Below are positions 1 through 9,627 of a stretch of DNA of 64,000 nt, one piece after another. Location: contig JACKGI010000001.1 of NCBI GenBank assembly GCA_020632015.1, forward strand, positions 23,574 to 87,573, written 5' to 3'. Position 1 is the stretch's first letter. Each line of letters starts with the position of its first letter. Origin of the DNA: Candidatus Nomurabacteria bacterium (GTDB taxonomy: Bacteria; Patescibacteriota; Minisyncoccia; Phycocordibacterales; UBA918). The position numbers were made by a program, and so were the translations under genes. The notes beneath the pieces were generated by a model. That model was not told the DNA's origin and did no database searches. It saw only the letters and a list, made by a program, of their open reading frames with translations.

Positions 1-182
1 CGGCCAATATGAGCAATCACAATCGTCCTTGCTCCCTGTTCATGCAAATAACGTAAAGTTGGGAGGGCACGTTCGAGCCTAAATTTATTCCTAACCTTTC
101 CATCTTTTAAGGGTATATTCAAAGACGAACGTAGTAATACATATTTGCCTTTTAAATTTCCGGCTTCTGTGATTTTTCTCAT
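1..182 (-). CDS. pgk: phosphoglycerate kinase, N-terminal 61 codons (truncated by window edge)
   Basis: My own minus-strand translation from the ATG at 182-180 gives MRKITEAGNLKGKYVLLRSSLNIPLKDGKVRNKFRLERALPTLRYLHEQGARTIVIAHIGR. This follows the conserved PGK N-terminus (LKGKxVLxRxxxNxP..DG, R...ALPT, xHxGR). It starts 3 nt after the tpiA stop. It is absent from the ORF track because it is open at the window edge. Confidence 0.85.
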   Translation of the reverse strand, partial: MRKITEAGNLKGKYVLLRSSLNIPLKDGKVRNKFRLERALPTLRYLHEQGARTIVIAHIG

Positions 183-185
183 AGA

Positions 186-962
186 TTAACTTACAGCTTT
201 TATAATTGCAGTAAAATCATCTGCTTTCAGACTTGCACCACCAACCAAAAATCCATTCATATTGCCTTCCTCATGAAGTTCTTTTGCGTTATTTGGTTTT
301 ACCGAACCACCATAAAGCAATCTAGTATTTTTCGCAGTTGACCTGTCGTAGACTTTTGTCAAAACACTTTCAATAAATAACTGCATTTCTCTTACATCAT
401 CTGCTGTAGCAGTATTGCCAGTACCAATCGCCCAAATTGGTTCATAGGCAATAACTATCTTCTTCATTTGGGCAGAAGATAGAACTTTGGCCAAACAGCG
501 AATTTGTTTTTCGACGAAGGAAAAGAAGTGCCCTTGTTCATCACGTTCTCTTTCACCAATACAAACAATTGGAATTAAACGATGTTTTATAGTCATTAAA
601 ACTTTTTGTTGAACATCTTCGTCAGTTTCACCCATCGCTCTTCGCTCTGAATGGCCAATAATGACAAATTCAACTCCCAAATCCTTTAATTGAAGAATGG
701 AAATTTCACCAGTATGAGCACCGATATTTTTGAAATAAACATCTTGAGCAGCTAGTGACACGCTACTCTTCTTAGTTTTCTTTCCGACTTCAGATAAATA
801 AACAAAAGGTGGAGCAACAGAAACGTATGGAACTTCAGCTTTTTTTTGTTTACTCGCTACTTGTATAGCCAATTTTACTGCATCATCCAAAGTAACTGGA
901 TTTAACTTCCAGTTTCCGACAATTAAAGGTATGGTTTTTTTCATATTTTGAAATTGTATCAT
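186..962 (-). CDS. tpiA: triosephosphate isomerase
   Basis: 258 aa with NWKLN near the N-terminus, GHSERR and the AYEPIWAIGTG signature. Adjacent to pgk. Confidence 0.95.
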   Translation of the reverse strand: MIQFQNMKKTIPLIVGNWKLNPVTLDDAVKLAIQVASKQKKAEVPYVSVAPPFVYLSEVGKKTKKSSVSLAAQDVYFKNIGAHTGEISILQLKDLGVEFVIIGHSERRAMGETDEDVQQKVLMTIKHRLIPIVCIGERERDEQGHFFSFVEKQIRCLAKVLSSAQMKKIVIAYEPIWAIGTGNTATADDVREMQLFIESVLTKVYDRSTAKNTRLLYGGSVKPNNAKELHEEGNMNGFLVGGASLKADDFTAIIKAVS

Positions 963-1116
963 GGTTAAAAATAGCGAAATGATTTTAAAAGCAAATCAAA
1001 ATCCTCGACAGACGTGCCAAAAGTTTAGAGTTAAATCATACTTATTACCTTGTTCTAGGACAGCGGAAATTCCTCACTTTCTTTCGGACCAGATAAAAAG
1101 CAAAGCTGTTTGCTTT

Positions 1117-2583
1117 TTATCCCTCTTGTTGCCACGAATCAAATATATAAACATCTGAGGTTTCTGGAGTCATCGGTGGTGGACTATCTACCTGATTACT
1201 GTCGAAAGAGGTAATACGATTTTGAAAACCAGATACTGTAACTCCACTACTTGTCCATTGTGTACCCACTCTTCCATTTGAGATAACACTGCCGTACCTA
1301 GTAAGAGTTCCCCTTAGAACATATGGATCGAGTGAACCAGGTAGTCCGTAGTTAGTCCCCCACCAACCACCAGAAGTACAAGAAGTACAATAGTGGTTAC
1401 GGCCAAATCTACCATTTTGAGCAACAAAGATTCCGTTAGCGGTCATATTGTTTGGAACAACTAGTCCAACGTCTACATCATCCTCAGCAATAGCCAAAAG
1501 CCCAGCATCAACTCCAGATGCATAGGTTATGTCATCATTAATAACTATATTTGTTTGAGAACCAGAGCTTAAGTTGGCGGCCGCTAGGGTAACTTTTTGA
1601 GAGACCTCTCCTTCCAACCAAACTTTGTCTTCAAAATACAGAAGCGGGCAATCACTATTTATGGTTTCATTAGCCAAAAAGGAGGTTGAATTAATCACGT
1701 TTCGTTCAGTGTTGTGCCAGCCCTCTTCTGATGAATACGCCCAATATGAGGTTGTTGAATTAACTCTTCGCACAGTCACCGTACCATCTCCATTAAATAT
1801 AACTCGATATCCTGAAGCACCAGAAGGGCCATAGTATATACCGCCATAAGTTGGGTCTTGAGCCCGCGTTTTCATTTCACTTAAATCAATAGTGAGTCCT
1901 GCAAAATCAACTGGAGAAATTGGGAAGGAAAATAATCCTGGATTAGCATTGGCAGTTGTTGTAAAAACTCCGTTAACTGTTGGATTACCGGAACAACCAA
2001 ATGAACTAGTACAGGTCCAACTAGCTTGACCGCTTCCAACAAAAGAGTTGTGTGACCCATCCATTCTGATTCCTTGATTTGAATGAACTGGACCAGTAAT
2101 CACTCGGTCATCACCATACCAAACTGCCCCATTAGTAATAAAAGAATATTCAGCTACAGTCGGTCGAGCATATCTGGCATTAATAACGCTAACTGCTTCA
2201 GGATTAACATAAGTATGTCCAGTTGAAGTTACCTCTACTGAGGATACACTTCCACAATATGTACTGCTGGCAATATCTAAAGAAAACTCTCCAATCGGAC
2301 CATCTTCTGGATCGTTATAAACATGAACATATGGTCCTGGCAAACCAGTTCCGTCTGTTACGTCATCAGGAAAATGGGCAAGATACCAACGATAGTAATT
2401 AAGACCCGCTTCTGCGATTTCGGTAGCTCTTTGTTGTTCGTGTCTAAAGTTCACGACTTGATCCTGTGAGATTATGTACCCTACAAACGAACTAACGATT
2501 ACCAAGAAAATACTTCCAAAAACTAAAACTAAAACCAGCAGATAACCTGATACTTTTTTATTAATGTGTGATAGTTGTTGCAT
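1117..2583 (-). CDS. large pilus-associated protein with N-terminal anchor helix (role inferred from context)
   Basis: 488 aa. An N-terminal hydrophobic helix (SGYLLVLVLVFGSIFLVIV, no Glu at +5) is followed by a Gly/Ser/Thr/Asn-rich domain. It is the last gene of the pilB-pilC-pseudopilin string, 4 nt after the upstream pilin-like gene. Confidence 0.5.
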   Translation of the reverse strand: MQQLSHINKKVSGYLLVLVLVFGSIFLVIVSSFVGYIISQDQVVNFRHEQQRATEIAEAGLNYYRWYLAHFPDDVTDGTGLPGPYVHVYNDPEDGPIGEFSLDIASSTYCGSVSSVEVTSTGHTYVNPEAVSVINARYARPTVAEYSFITNGAVWYGDDRVITGPVHSNQGIRMDGSHNSFVGSGQASWTCTSSFGCSGNPTVNGVFTTTANANPGLFSFPISPVDFAGLTIDLSEMKTRAQDPTYGGIYYGPSGASGYRVIFNGDGTVTVRRVNSTTSYWAYSSEEGWHNTERNVINSTSFLANETINSDCPLLYFEDKVWLEGEVSQKVTLAAANLSSGSQTNIVINDDITYASGVDAGLLAIAEDDVDVGLVVPNNMTANGIFVAQNGRFGRNHYCTSCTSGGWWGTNYGLPGSLDPYVLRGTLTRYGSVISNGRVGTQWTSSGVTVSGFQNRITSFDSNQVDSPPPMTPETSDVYIFDSWQQEG

Positions 2584-2587
2584 GTAC

Positions 2588-3202
2588 TTATAGATTATCC
2601 TTCAGATTTCTTGGGGCAAGACTAGACCTGAGCATAAACTCCCCCGGTGAACGAACTGGGTCAATGTTCACAATGAGTTGTGCCTTTATATACTTTACAT
2701 CAATAATTGGAGAAGTTGAGCTTAGTTGTGTACCTGCGTTATCAAAGTAAAAAAAAGTTGAGGTTCCTTGATTAATATTTTGCACATACAAAGAAAGGAT
2801 TTTTTCAGTGTCTGGAGAAGTCAGGTCATATACGGCCGGTGAACCGCTTGGATTATATGTGTACTTAGTTAGAGTGGTCGTAGCTAACACATACTCAACA
2901 TACTCAACAGCATCATCCTGGTCTGTGTCACTATAGTAACCAAAACGGTGCTCGTCTATTACTTTCACCGGATAATTTCCGTCTTCGGCTGTTGTCATTT
3001 CTTTTGCGTCTCTGTTCCACTCAGTCATACCTCTTCTGGCATTATCAATTTCACCAGCTTGCGCAATGGTGTATGCATTGAGTCTATACAACTCTGCAAT
3101 AGAGCCAGTAATGACTAACAGTAGAACTGTATAGATACCAATAATTACCACCAACTCAACTAGAGTCATACCGGCTTTAGATTGTCTTGGTGATAAGTAC
3201 AT
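2588..3202 (-). CDS. type IV pilin-like protein (prepilin-type N-terminal cleavage/methylation motif)
   Basis: 204 aa. The N-terminus KAG/MTLVELVVIIGIYTVLLLV has Gly at -1 and Glu at +5 followed by a hydrophobic helix. The gap to the upstream gene is 1 nt. Confidence 0.8.
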   Translation of the reverse strand: MYLSPRQSKAGMTLVELVVIIGIYTVLLLVITGSIAELYRLNAYTIAQAGEIDNARRGMTEWNRDAKEMTTAEDGNYPVKVIDEHRFGYYSDTDQDDAVEYVEYVLATTTLTKYTYNPSGSPAVYDLTSPDTEKILSLYVQNINQGTSTFFYFDNAGTQLSSTSPIIDVKYIKAQLIVNIDPVRSPGEFMLRSSLAPRNLKDNL

Positions 3203-3203
3203 A

Positions 3204-4961
3204 TTATTCAGTAAGGGTTATTGTGGTAGCCGTATCAGCATTCACCTCAAAGAGCGTGACTGTCTCGTCTGTATAACCAGTTGCACTAACATCAATTGTG
3301 TAATCAGTGTTTGCACTCACTCCGGCAGAGAAGAACACTTGGCCACAACCATCCGTAATATGTGTCACATCATAACCAGAGCGAGTAAGGTTGACCGAAA
3401 CTCCAGGTAGCGTTTGCCCAGACGCATCTACCACAGTGACCCTAAGTGTATCTGTAGAATCTGCCGTTAAAACAAAATCTAGTTCACCGTCTTCCCCAGC
3501 AATTTGCGTATAAGGATTTGCCGGACAAGCGCTGGCAATATCATAACCACCCAGAAAATCAAAGGTGTAATCATCGAACTCTAAATCACTGATTGTCAAA
3601 ACCCCAGAACCATTTGTCGAAAGTGAGTCTAAGTATTTATAAATTGGTTGAGCAGAAGCATCGGTACCAATTGTCTTACTACCATGAACATCAAAAGACA
3701 TATTTGGTAAAAAGGTTTCACTCTGACGATAGAATACATTTACTTCATCTATTTCTGGGGTCACACTAGTGTCAGTAGTATTTAACGTAATTCCAATGTA
3801 AATGGTTGGGTAAGCAAGTGGCTCCAAGATAGAAAGATCAACAATGTTTCCAGTAAAACCTATATTGTTTCCCGGCAAATCAACTTCGGGAATTAAATCG
3901 TATATATCTGGAGCCGAACTAGTGTAAAACTGAACACTGTGTGAAGTATTTGTCGGAATATCTGTTGCTATACGGAGACTATTCCAATCGACTAATGAAG
4001 TTGGTGTAATAGGTCCTAAATACACGTAGCCAGTACTATCATAAACACCTAAATTATTCTCCAAGACTAAATTGCCACTAGTCACCGACACATCAGAACT
4101 TGAAGCGACAGAAAGTAAGTCAGTAAAATCTTCAGTGAAAATCTGATCATCAACTGCTGAGAATGTTCTTATGTTCAAATCACTTAGTTCTCCAATTTGA
4201 AAAGTTAGTGTTGAGACATCAGATTCAACAACTGAAAATGGCGCAACGATTGGATTTGGATTCGATGTAGTTGCAACATAGGTTTGTGCAGTTGAGTAAT
4301 CTTGACCAGAAATATTTGCAGTGACTTCAACCTGATATCCACTGTCTGCTGGGATGTTAAATAGCGACGCTCCACTAGCGTCTGTAAACGTGGTTACATC
4401 ATAAGCAAAAGTAGAACTAGAACTAAAAAGTCTTACGCTTGCACCTGGCAATAATGAAGAGTCAGAATCTAGAACGTTAATCCTAGCTGTTCCACCTCCT
4501 GCAGTTGTTTCTATTGAACGAGGAACGATATTAGTAACCAGCTGAATACTACTCGTTGCTCCGTTGATTTCCCAAGTGTACTCCAGCCTGACTTTTTTAT
4601 AATCAAGAATAATTCCATTTGAGTCTGCTCCTGCAGTACCGTCAGCATCATCGTCAACGTAATCCACTCTGACTCTTTCGATGAACTCAATTCCGTTTAG
4701 TGTCGTTGTGCTATTTTGCGGAATGGTCCCAGCTGGATATCCGGCCACTACACCAACATCATCATAAGGAAGCGAACGGAAGTATTCCATTCTGTCATTT
4801 GCCACCGACAATGCACTAAGCTTTGCTCTTGAGTGATTAATCAGTTCTAAAGAAAATTTAAAGGAATACATCAAAGTACCAAATACCAAAGTAGTTAGAG
4901 CAGCTACTATAATTACTTCAACCAGCGACAGACCTTTTGGTTGTACTTTGTGGAGTTTCAT
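3204..4961 (-). CDS. giant pseudopilin (prepilin-type N-terminus, 585 aa)
   Basis: The N-terminus PKG/LSLVEVIIVAALTTLVFG has Gly -1 and Glu +5. The long Thr/Ser/Asp/Val-rich beta-type remainder includes segments resembling carboxypeptidase-regulatory-like folds (e.g. ARINVLDSDSSLLPGASVRLF, LRVTVVDASGQTLPGVSVNL). Confidence 0.75.
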   Translation of the reverse strand: MKLHKVQPKGLSLVEVIIVAALTTLVFGTLMYSFKFSLELINHSRAKLSALSVANDRMEYFRSLPYDDVGVVAGYPAGTIPQNSTTTLNGIEFIERVRVDYVDDDADGTAGADSNGIILDYKKVRLEYTWEINGATSSIQLVTNIVPRSIETTAGGGTARINVLDSDSSLLPGASVRLFSSSSTFAYDVTTFTDASGASLFNIPADSGYQVEVTANISGQDYSTAQTYVATTSNPNPIVAPFSVVESDVSTLTFQIGELSDLNIRTFSAVDDQIFTEDFTDLLSVASSSDVSVTSGNLVLENNLGVYDSTGYVYLGPITPTSLVDWNSLRIATDIPTNTSHSVQFYTSSAPDIYDLIPEVDLPGNNIGFTGNIVDLSILEPLAYPTIYIGITLNTTDTSVTPEIDEVNVFYRQSETFLPNMSFDVHGSKTIGTDASAQPIYKYLDSLSTNGSGVLTISDLEFDDYTFDFLGGYDIASACPANPYTQIAGEDGELDFVLTADSTDTLRVTVVDASGQTLPGVSVNLTRSGYDVTHITDGCGQVFFSAGVSANTDYTIDVSATGYTDETVTLFEVNADTATTITLTE

Positions 4962-4965
4962 ATTT

Positions 4966-6195
4966 TTAACTCATTCCATCTGAGATCGAGTAAATCGGAG
5001 CAATCAAGGCGAGAGCGAAAAAACCAACACCTCCACCAATCACAACCATAAGTAGCGGTTCAATAATAGTTGAGAGGTCTTTAGTCTTTCTCTCTACTTC
5101 TGTTTCATAAAATATAGCCAACTCACCAAGCATACCGGCAATCTGCCCAGTTTCTTCTCCTACCAAAATCATTTCTCCTACCAAAACTGGGTACAAATCT
5201 TTTCGCTCAATAAAAACTTCAGATAGAGCAGTTCCCTTTTCTACTCGCTTAGCTGCTTCACGGAGAATTTCTTTGTAAAAAGTATTTTGCAAAACTTCTT
5301 CGGTAATCTCAATTGATTGAATTACATCTACTCCAGAGTTCAGAAGTGAAGAAAGTGTTCTAGCTGTTCTGGCAGAATTAGTTTCTTTGGCCAAGGTACC
5401 AATCACTGGCAATCGTACAATCACCCAAGCGCTAGCGATCCTCCCCCATTTTGTTTTTAGGGCATAAATAAAACCTGAAATTGAAGCTATCATTCCACCA
5501 ATAACCAGAAATGTATGTGCCACCATAAAATCACTGGCTCCAATTAAAAATCTGGTTGTGATAGGAAGCTCCTTATCCATCCCTTTAAACACTCCAGTAA
5601 TTTGAGGCATTACATAAATCATCATAAGTACTGCAATCACCACCATCACAGTGATTACAATAGTGGGATAAATCATGGCTCCCTTAACTTTTTTAATCAA
5701 ATTATTTGAACGCTCCATTTGAATAGCCAATGTTTGGAGTGCTTCAGCTAAGTTACCACTTTCTTCTCCTGCCTTAATCATCGCTACATATAAATCATCA
5801 AATACATCAGGAAATTCTTTTAGCGATTCATAGAAAGGGTCACCTTGGTTGATTTTCTCTACCATCCTCTTAGTAACCCCTTTCATTTTTGGGTTTGTGC
5901 TCTGTCTTTCAATAACCGAAAGGGCTCGGGTAACAGTAAGACCAGCAGTAAGCATCGAACCAAGGTTTCTGGTCACCATCACCAACTCATCCGTCTTTAC
6001 TCGACTTAGGAAGAAGTTTATTTTCTCTACATTTAGAAGTCGTTTTATGTCGTACTTTGAAGATTCTTCAATCGAAGCGACGGTGTGACCTTGGTCTCGA
6101 GCTACCGCATATACACCAAAACGATCATCGGCAGTTACCGTATTTTTTACTGGCTTCCCTTCACTATCCTCACCAGTGTATGTAAAAGTTGGCAT
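4966..6195 (-). CDS. pilC: type IV pilus / type II secretion platform protein PilC/GspF
   Basis: 409 aa polytopic protein with two GspF-type repeats (e.g. LSSLLNSGVDVIQSIEI, YETEVERKTKDLSTIIEPLLMVVIGGGVG). It lies directly downstream of pilB. Confidence 0.9.
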   Translation of the reverse strand: MPTFTYTGEDSEGKPVKNTVTADDRFGVYAVARDQGHTVASIEESSKYDIKRLLNVEKINFFLSRVKTDELVMVTRNLGSMLTAGLTVTRALSVIERQSTNPKMKGVTKRMVEKINQGDPFYESLKEFPDVFDDLYVAMIKAGEESGNLAEALQTLAIQMERSNNLIKKVKGAMIYPTIVITVMVVIAVLMMIYVMPQITGVFKGMDKELPITTRFLIGASDFMVAHTFLVIGGMIASISGFIYALKTKWGRIASAWVIVRLPVIGTLAKETNSARTARTLSSLLNSGVDVIQSIEITEEVLQNTFYKEILREAAKRVEKGTALSEVFIERKDLYPVLVGEMILVGEETGQIAGMLGELAIFYETEVERKTKDLSTIIEPLLMVVIGGGVGFFALALIAPIYSISDGMS

Positions 6196-6198
6196 ATA

Positions 6199-7950
6199 TT
6201 ATTCGTTAATAACTCGTAATACTTCTTCGATACTTGTCAGACCTTGAGCAGCTTTAAAAATACCGTCCTCTATCATTGTGAGCATTCCCTCCTTTTGAGC
6301 CTGAGCCTGAATCTCATCGCCGGTTTTGTCAGACATCACCATTTCTTTTAGAGTCGGAGAAATTTCAAGAACTTCGTGAATACCCATTCTGCCCTTGTAG
6401 CCATCTTCAGTTTCACCCTTTTCTTTTGGATGATAGAAAGGAATATCGTTCCAAGTTGCATCTTTTTTAACGATTCCTTCTTCCTGCAGTGTCTTTAGTA
6501 CCAAATCGAGGTTTACCTTCTCAGCCAAATCATCTCTTTCGGCTTTAGTTAGAATGTACGGTAATTTATCGTCAGACAACTTACGAACCAGACGCTGACC
6601 AATAGCAACTCGTAGAGTAGAAACAAGCAAAAATGATTCCGCTCCCATATCAACCAAACGAGCAATTGTGCCTGACGCTGAGTTGGTGTGAATCGTCGCC
6701 AACACTAAGTGACCAGTAAGAGCAGCGTTGATGGCCAAACTCGCTGTCTCCTGATCACGAATTTCTCCCACCATGATTACGTCCGGATCCTGACGCATAA
6801 GCGACCGAAGACCAGCGGCAAACGTAAAACCAATGTCTGGTTTTACTTGAGATTGATTAACTCGAGCCATTTGGTACTCGATTGGATCTTCAATGGTAGA
6901 AATATTTACCTCAGGAGTATTTAAAAGGTCCAAGATTGTATAAAGTGTAGTTGATTTACCAGAACCAGTTGGACCTGTCACTAAGATAATTCCAGTAGTG
7001 GCTCGAGTGGCTCGATGAATTCGGTCTAAAGTACTGCCGTGAAAACCTATCCCTTCTAGTGAAAATCCACTTCGGTTTTCTCGCAAAAGACGCATCACGA
7101 CCTTCTCGCCAAAGAAGACTGGAAGCATAGAAACACGGAAGGCTACTTTCTGACCGTCCATCTCCATTTTGAATCGACCGTCTTGTGGTAGACGCTTTTG
7201 GTCGAGTTTTAGGTTAGAAAGAACCTTTAGTCTAGCCACGATACTACCAGCAGCGATTTTCGGAAGCTTCATCGCATCGTTCAAAATACCATCGATACGA
7301 TAACGCACGAGCACCTCTTCTTCCATTGGTTCTATATGAATATCTGAAGCTCCTTGAATAATGGCGTGTCTCAGTAGAGTGTCTACAATACGAACTACAG
7401 GCAAATCTTCTGCCGCCTTCTTCAAATCACTTTCACTCATTTGCTCCCCACCTTCTTCTTGCAACACCTTGAGCTGTGAAGCATCCTTCATGATAAGGTC
7501 GCCAAACTCATCTTTTAGTGTTTTTTGGTACTGACGCAATGCCCCACGCATAGAGTCTGTATCAGTCAGGCGTGGTTGGATTTTGAGTCCTACTTTCTTT
7601 TTGACAAAGTCGATAGCTGGTAAGTCAGCTGTATCTAGCATAGCCACCTCAAGAGTATCGTCAGTTTTCTTGTAAGCGATAATATTGTGAGTTCTGGCGA
7701 CAGGTTCAGGGATTAGGGTCAACACATCAAAATCAATCTTTTGTTCTTTTAGTGAAACAAAAGGAATCCCGAGAACATAGGATTCAACCCTACGCATATC
7801 ATCTTCGGTCATGTGACCATGAGCAATCAGAGCTTCACTTAAAGTGCGCTTTTCTTCTTTAGCGATTTTTTCAGCCGCAGCAATGTCGGACTTAGTTATA
7901 AGCCCTGCATCAAGGATAAAACGCTTGAGTTGTTCGTCTTGAATACGCAC
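6199..7950 (-). CDS. pilB: type IV pilus assembly ATPase PilB/GspE
   Basis: 583 aa with Walker A VTGPTGSGKSTT, a Walker B region IMVGEIRD, a His box ATIHTN and an N-terminal GspE_N-like region. Confidence 0.92.
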   Translation of the reverse strand: MRIQDEQLKRFILDAGLITKSDIAAAEKIAKEEKRTLSEALIAHGHMTEDDMRRVESYVLGIPFVSLKEQKIDFDVLTLIPEPVARTHNIIAYKKTDDTLEVAMLDTADLPAIDFVKKKVGLKIQPRLTDTDSMRGALRQYQKTLKDEFGDLIMKDASQLKVLQEEGGEQMSESDLKKAAEDLPVVRIVDTLLRHAIIQGASDIHIEPMEEEVLVRYRIDGILNDAMKLPKIAAGSIVARLKVLSNLKLDQKRLPQDGRFKMEMDGQKVAFRVSMLPVFFGEKVVMRLLRENRSGFSLEGIGFHGSTLDRIHRATRATTGIILVTGPTGSGKSTTLYTILDLLNTPEVNISTIEDPIEYQMARVNQSQVKPDIGFTFAAGLRSLMRQDPDVIMVGEIRDQETASLAINAALTGHLVLATIHTNSASGTIARLVDMGAESFLLVSTLRVAIGQRLVRKLSDDKLPYILTKAERDDLAEKVNLDLVLKTLQEEGIVKKDATWNDIPFYHPKEKGETEDGYKGRMGIHEVLEISPTLKEMVMSDKTGDEIQAQAQKEGMLTMIEDGIFKAAQGLTSIEEVLRVINE

Positions 7951-8040
7951 AATAAAATGAACAAAACCATTACCTCCGGTACTTGTTGCTTACATTATAT
8001 CATTATAAAAAAGTGAAACGAAAAGATGTTCACGACTTTA

Positions 8041-8074
8041 AAAATAAAAAACCGGCACATATTTTGTGCCGGTA
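8041..8074 (-). terminator. rho-independent terminator after the ParB-like gene
   Basis: ACCGGCACA (8051-8059) pairs with TGTGCCGGT (8066-8074) around a 6-nt loop. The A-run at 8041-8050 gives a U-tract on the minus strand. Confidence 0.75.
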
Positions 8075-8091
8075 AAAGTTAAATCCACAAA

Positions 8092-9375
8092 TCAAATCCT
8101 CTCTGCAAGATTTACAAGTTTGCGGGACATGGCGTGAAGGTTGCTCCTTATTGAACTACGCGTCTCATCATCAATCGGTAAGGAAACGTAGGTCAAATCA
8201 GGAACCTTCAACAATGAGTCTAAGGTGTCCCAAGTTTTATTTACAAACATGTTCAACCTACTTCGAGTGTGAACTGGGCCTTGTATTTTATATTTCCTTC
8301 GAGCTGGAGCTTCAATTCCCTCCTCTTCTAAAAGTGACTGGATATACCTGTCTGCAGACTTACTTGTCATGTCAGGGTGAGACACCAAATGCTTGGCTGC
8401 TTTCTTCTGCAAATCTGGATTGTCCTTAATCAAGTCTGCAAGCAACATCGCTATGCCTATTTTAAGCGGTTTTTTATATTCATCGCTTTCCATAAGCATT
8501 TTTTGCACTTCTGGAACAAGATCTAACAGCTTGAGACGTTGATACACCCATACTTCTGATTTGGCATACGAGGAAGCAATCTCAGCAACCGAAAGGTTAA
8601 ACTCCTCTCGCATAAACCTGATTGCCATCGCCTCCTCGAGAGGAGTATGGTCCTCGCGACCAAAGTTAGCGATTGCAGAAATCGCAAACTGGGTAGCTTT
8701 ATTAGGTATATCTAAAATGATTGCCCTGATTTCAGTCTTGTGAACAACCTTACACGCTCGCCATCTACGCTCACCGTCGACCAGCTCATACTGACACTTT
8801 CCTCCGTTCGCGCTAATTTCCTCCTTAGTAAGTCGGCGGACAAAAACAGGCATTATTTGTACAACTTTTAGTGACTCTCCCAACTCTATTAATGACGATT
8901 TGTTGAAAGACAGTCTGGGTTGATCAGCAAAGCGCTGAATAGAATCTGCCATTAAATCGCAAGGTGGCTCAGCCGTCGACATTACTTGCTGAAGTACATC
9001 GTTTAAAGACTTAACAATTTTTTTCTTTTCGGGTGGACTTGCCTCACCATTCTTTCCTCTGCCCCTTCCTCGAGTAGCCTTGTCCAACTTTTCAAGTTCT
9101 GAAGCATGCATGAAACACAAATTTGTGTCTTTGTTAATTTGTGTCTCCTGCGAAGAGACATTGCCACCTGTTATACAAAAATCGCATGCCCTCCACAGTG
9201 ATGCGCAGTTTGTGTTTTTACAAACAATATTATTGTCTGGGTTTGAGCTCAGCGCTCGGCAAACCTCTGCACTGACAGATGGTTTGTTGACGGCACATTT
9301 GTAGAGAGAGTTTCGTTTGTAACCAGGAGTATTCCTGACAGTAATATGGAGCCTGCTTTCCTTCACCTTGGCCAT
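8092..9375 (-). CDS. ParB/Spo0J-like DNA-binding protein with N-terminal Cys-rich extension
   Basis: 427 aa. The core has the ParB N-domain motif ELVDGERRWRA and an HTH segment LSVAEIASSYAKSEVWVYQRLKLLDLVPEVQKML. About 150 extra N-terminal residues carry CX4C ... CX2C (CKNTNC, CDFC) and an RGRGRGK linker. No ParA-type gene is adjacent. Confidence 0.7.
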   Translation of the reverse strand: MAKVKESRLHITVRNTPGYKRNSLYKCAVNKPSVSAEVCRALSSNPDNNIVCKNTNCASLWRACDFCITGGNVSSQETQINKDTNLCFMHASELEKLDKATRGRGRGKNGEASPPEKKKIVKSLNDVLQQVMSTAEPPCDLMADSIQRFADQPRLSFNKSSLIELGESLKVVQIMPVFVRRLTKEEISANGGKCQYELVDGERRWRACKVVHKTEIRAIILDIPNKATQFAISAIANFGREDHTPLEEAMAIRFMREEFNLSVAEIASSYAKSEVWVYQRLKLLDLVPEVQKMLMESDEYKKPLKIGIAMLLADLIKDNPDLQKKAAKHLVSHPDMTSKSADRYIQSLLEEEGIEAPARRKYKIQGPVHTRSRLNMFVNKTWDTLDSLLKVPDLTYVSLPIDDETRSSIRSNLHAMSRKLVNLAERI

Positions 9376-9485
9376 CTTAATAACTCCGCTTTGATTAGAT
9401 TTTTTGGATTTTAAACAACAGTTAAAGAACAGCTAACTTAGTGAGCAGTATAGATAGTCTCATATTAATGTCAATTGAATACATT

Positions 9486-9514
9486 TTGACTTTTTGGGTA
9501 AGTGGGCGTATAGT
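9486..9514 (+). promoter_or_regulatory. sigma70-type promoter (TTGACT-17 nt-TATAGT) upstream of nusA
   Basis: The -35 TTGACT is at 9486-9491, the spacer is 17 nt, and the -10 TATAGT is at 9509-9514. Read directly from the sequence. Confidence 0.6.
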
Positions 9515-9535
9515 TTTCTCATCTGACGAATGACT

Positions 9536-9563
9536 GCTCGGCCTCTTGGCCGAGCTTTCTTTT
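9536..9563 (+). terminator. promoter-proximal intrinsic terminator (possible attenuator) in the nusA leader
   Basis: GCTCGGCC (9536-9543), loop TCTT, GGCCGAGC (9548-9555), then TTTCTTTT. It lies about 20 nt after the predicted transcription start and about 70 nt before the nusA start. Confidence 0.6.
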
Positions 9564-9627
9564 AAGGAGTACAACTTAATAACTGCGAGGCCGATGTCAT
9601 AATTGACCCCGTTTCGCGTAATAAAAA

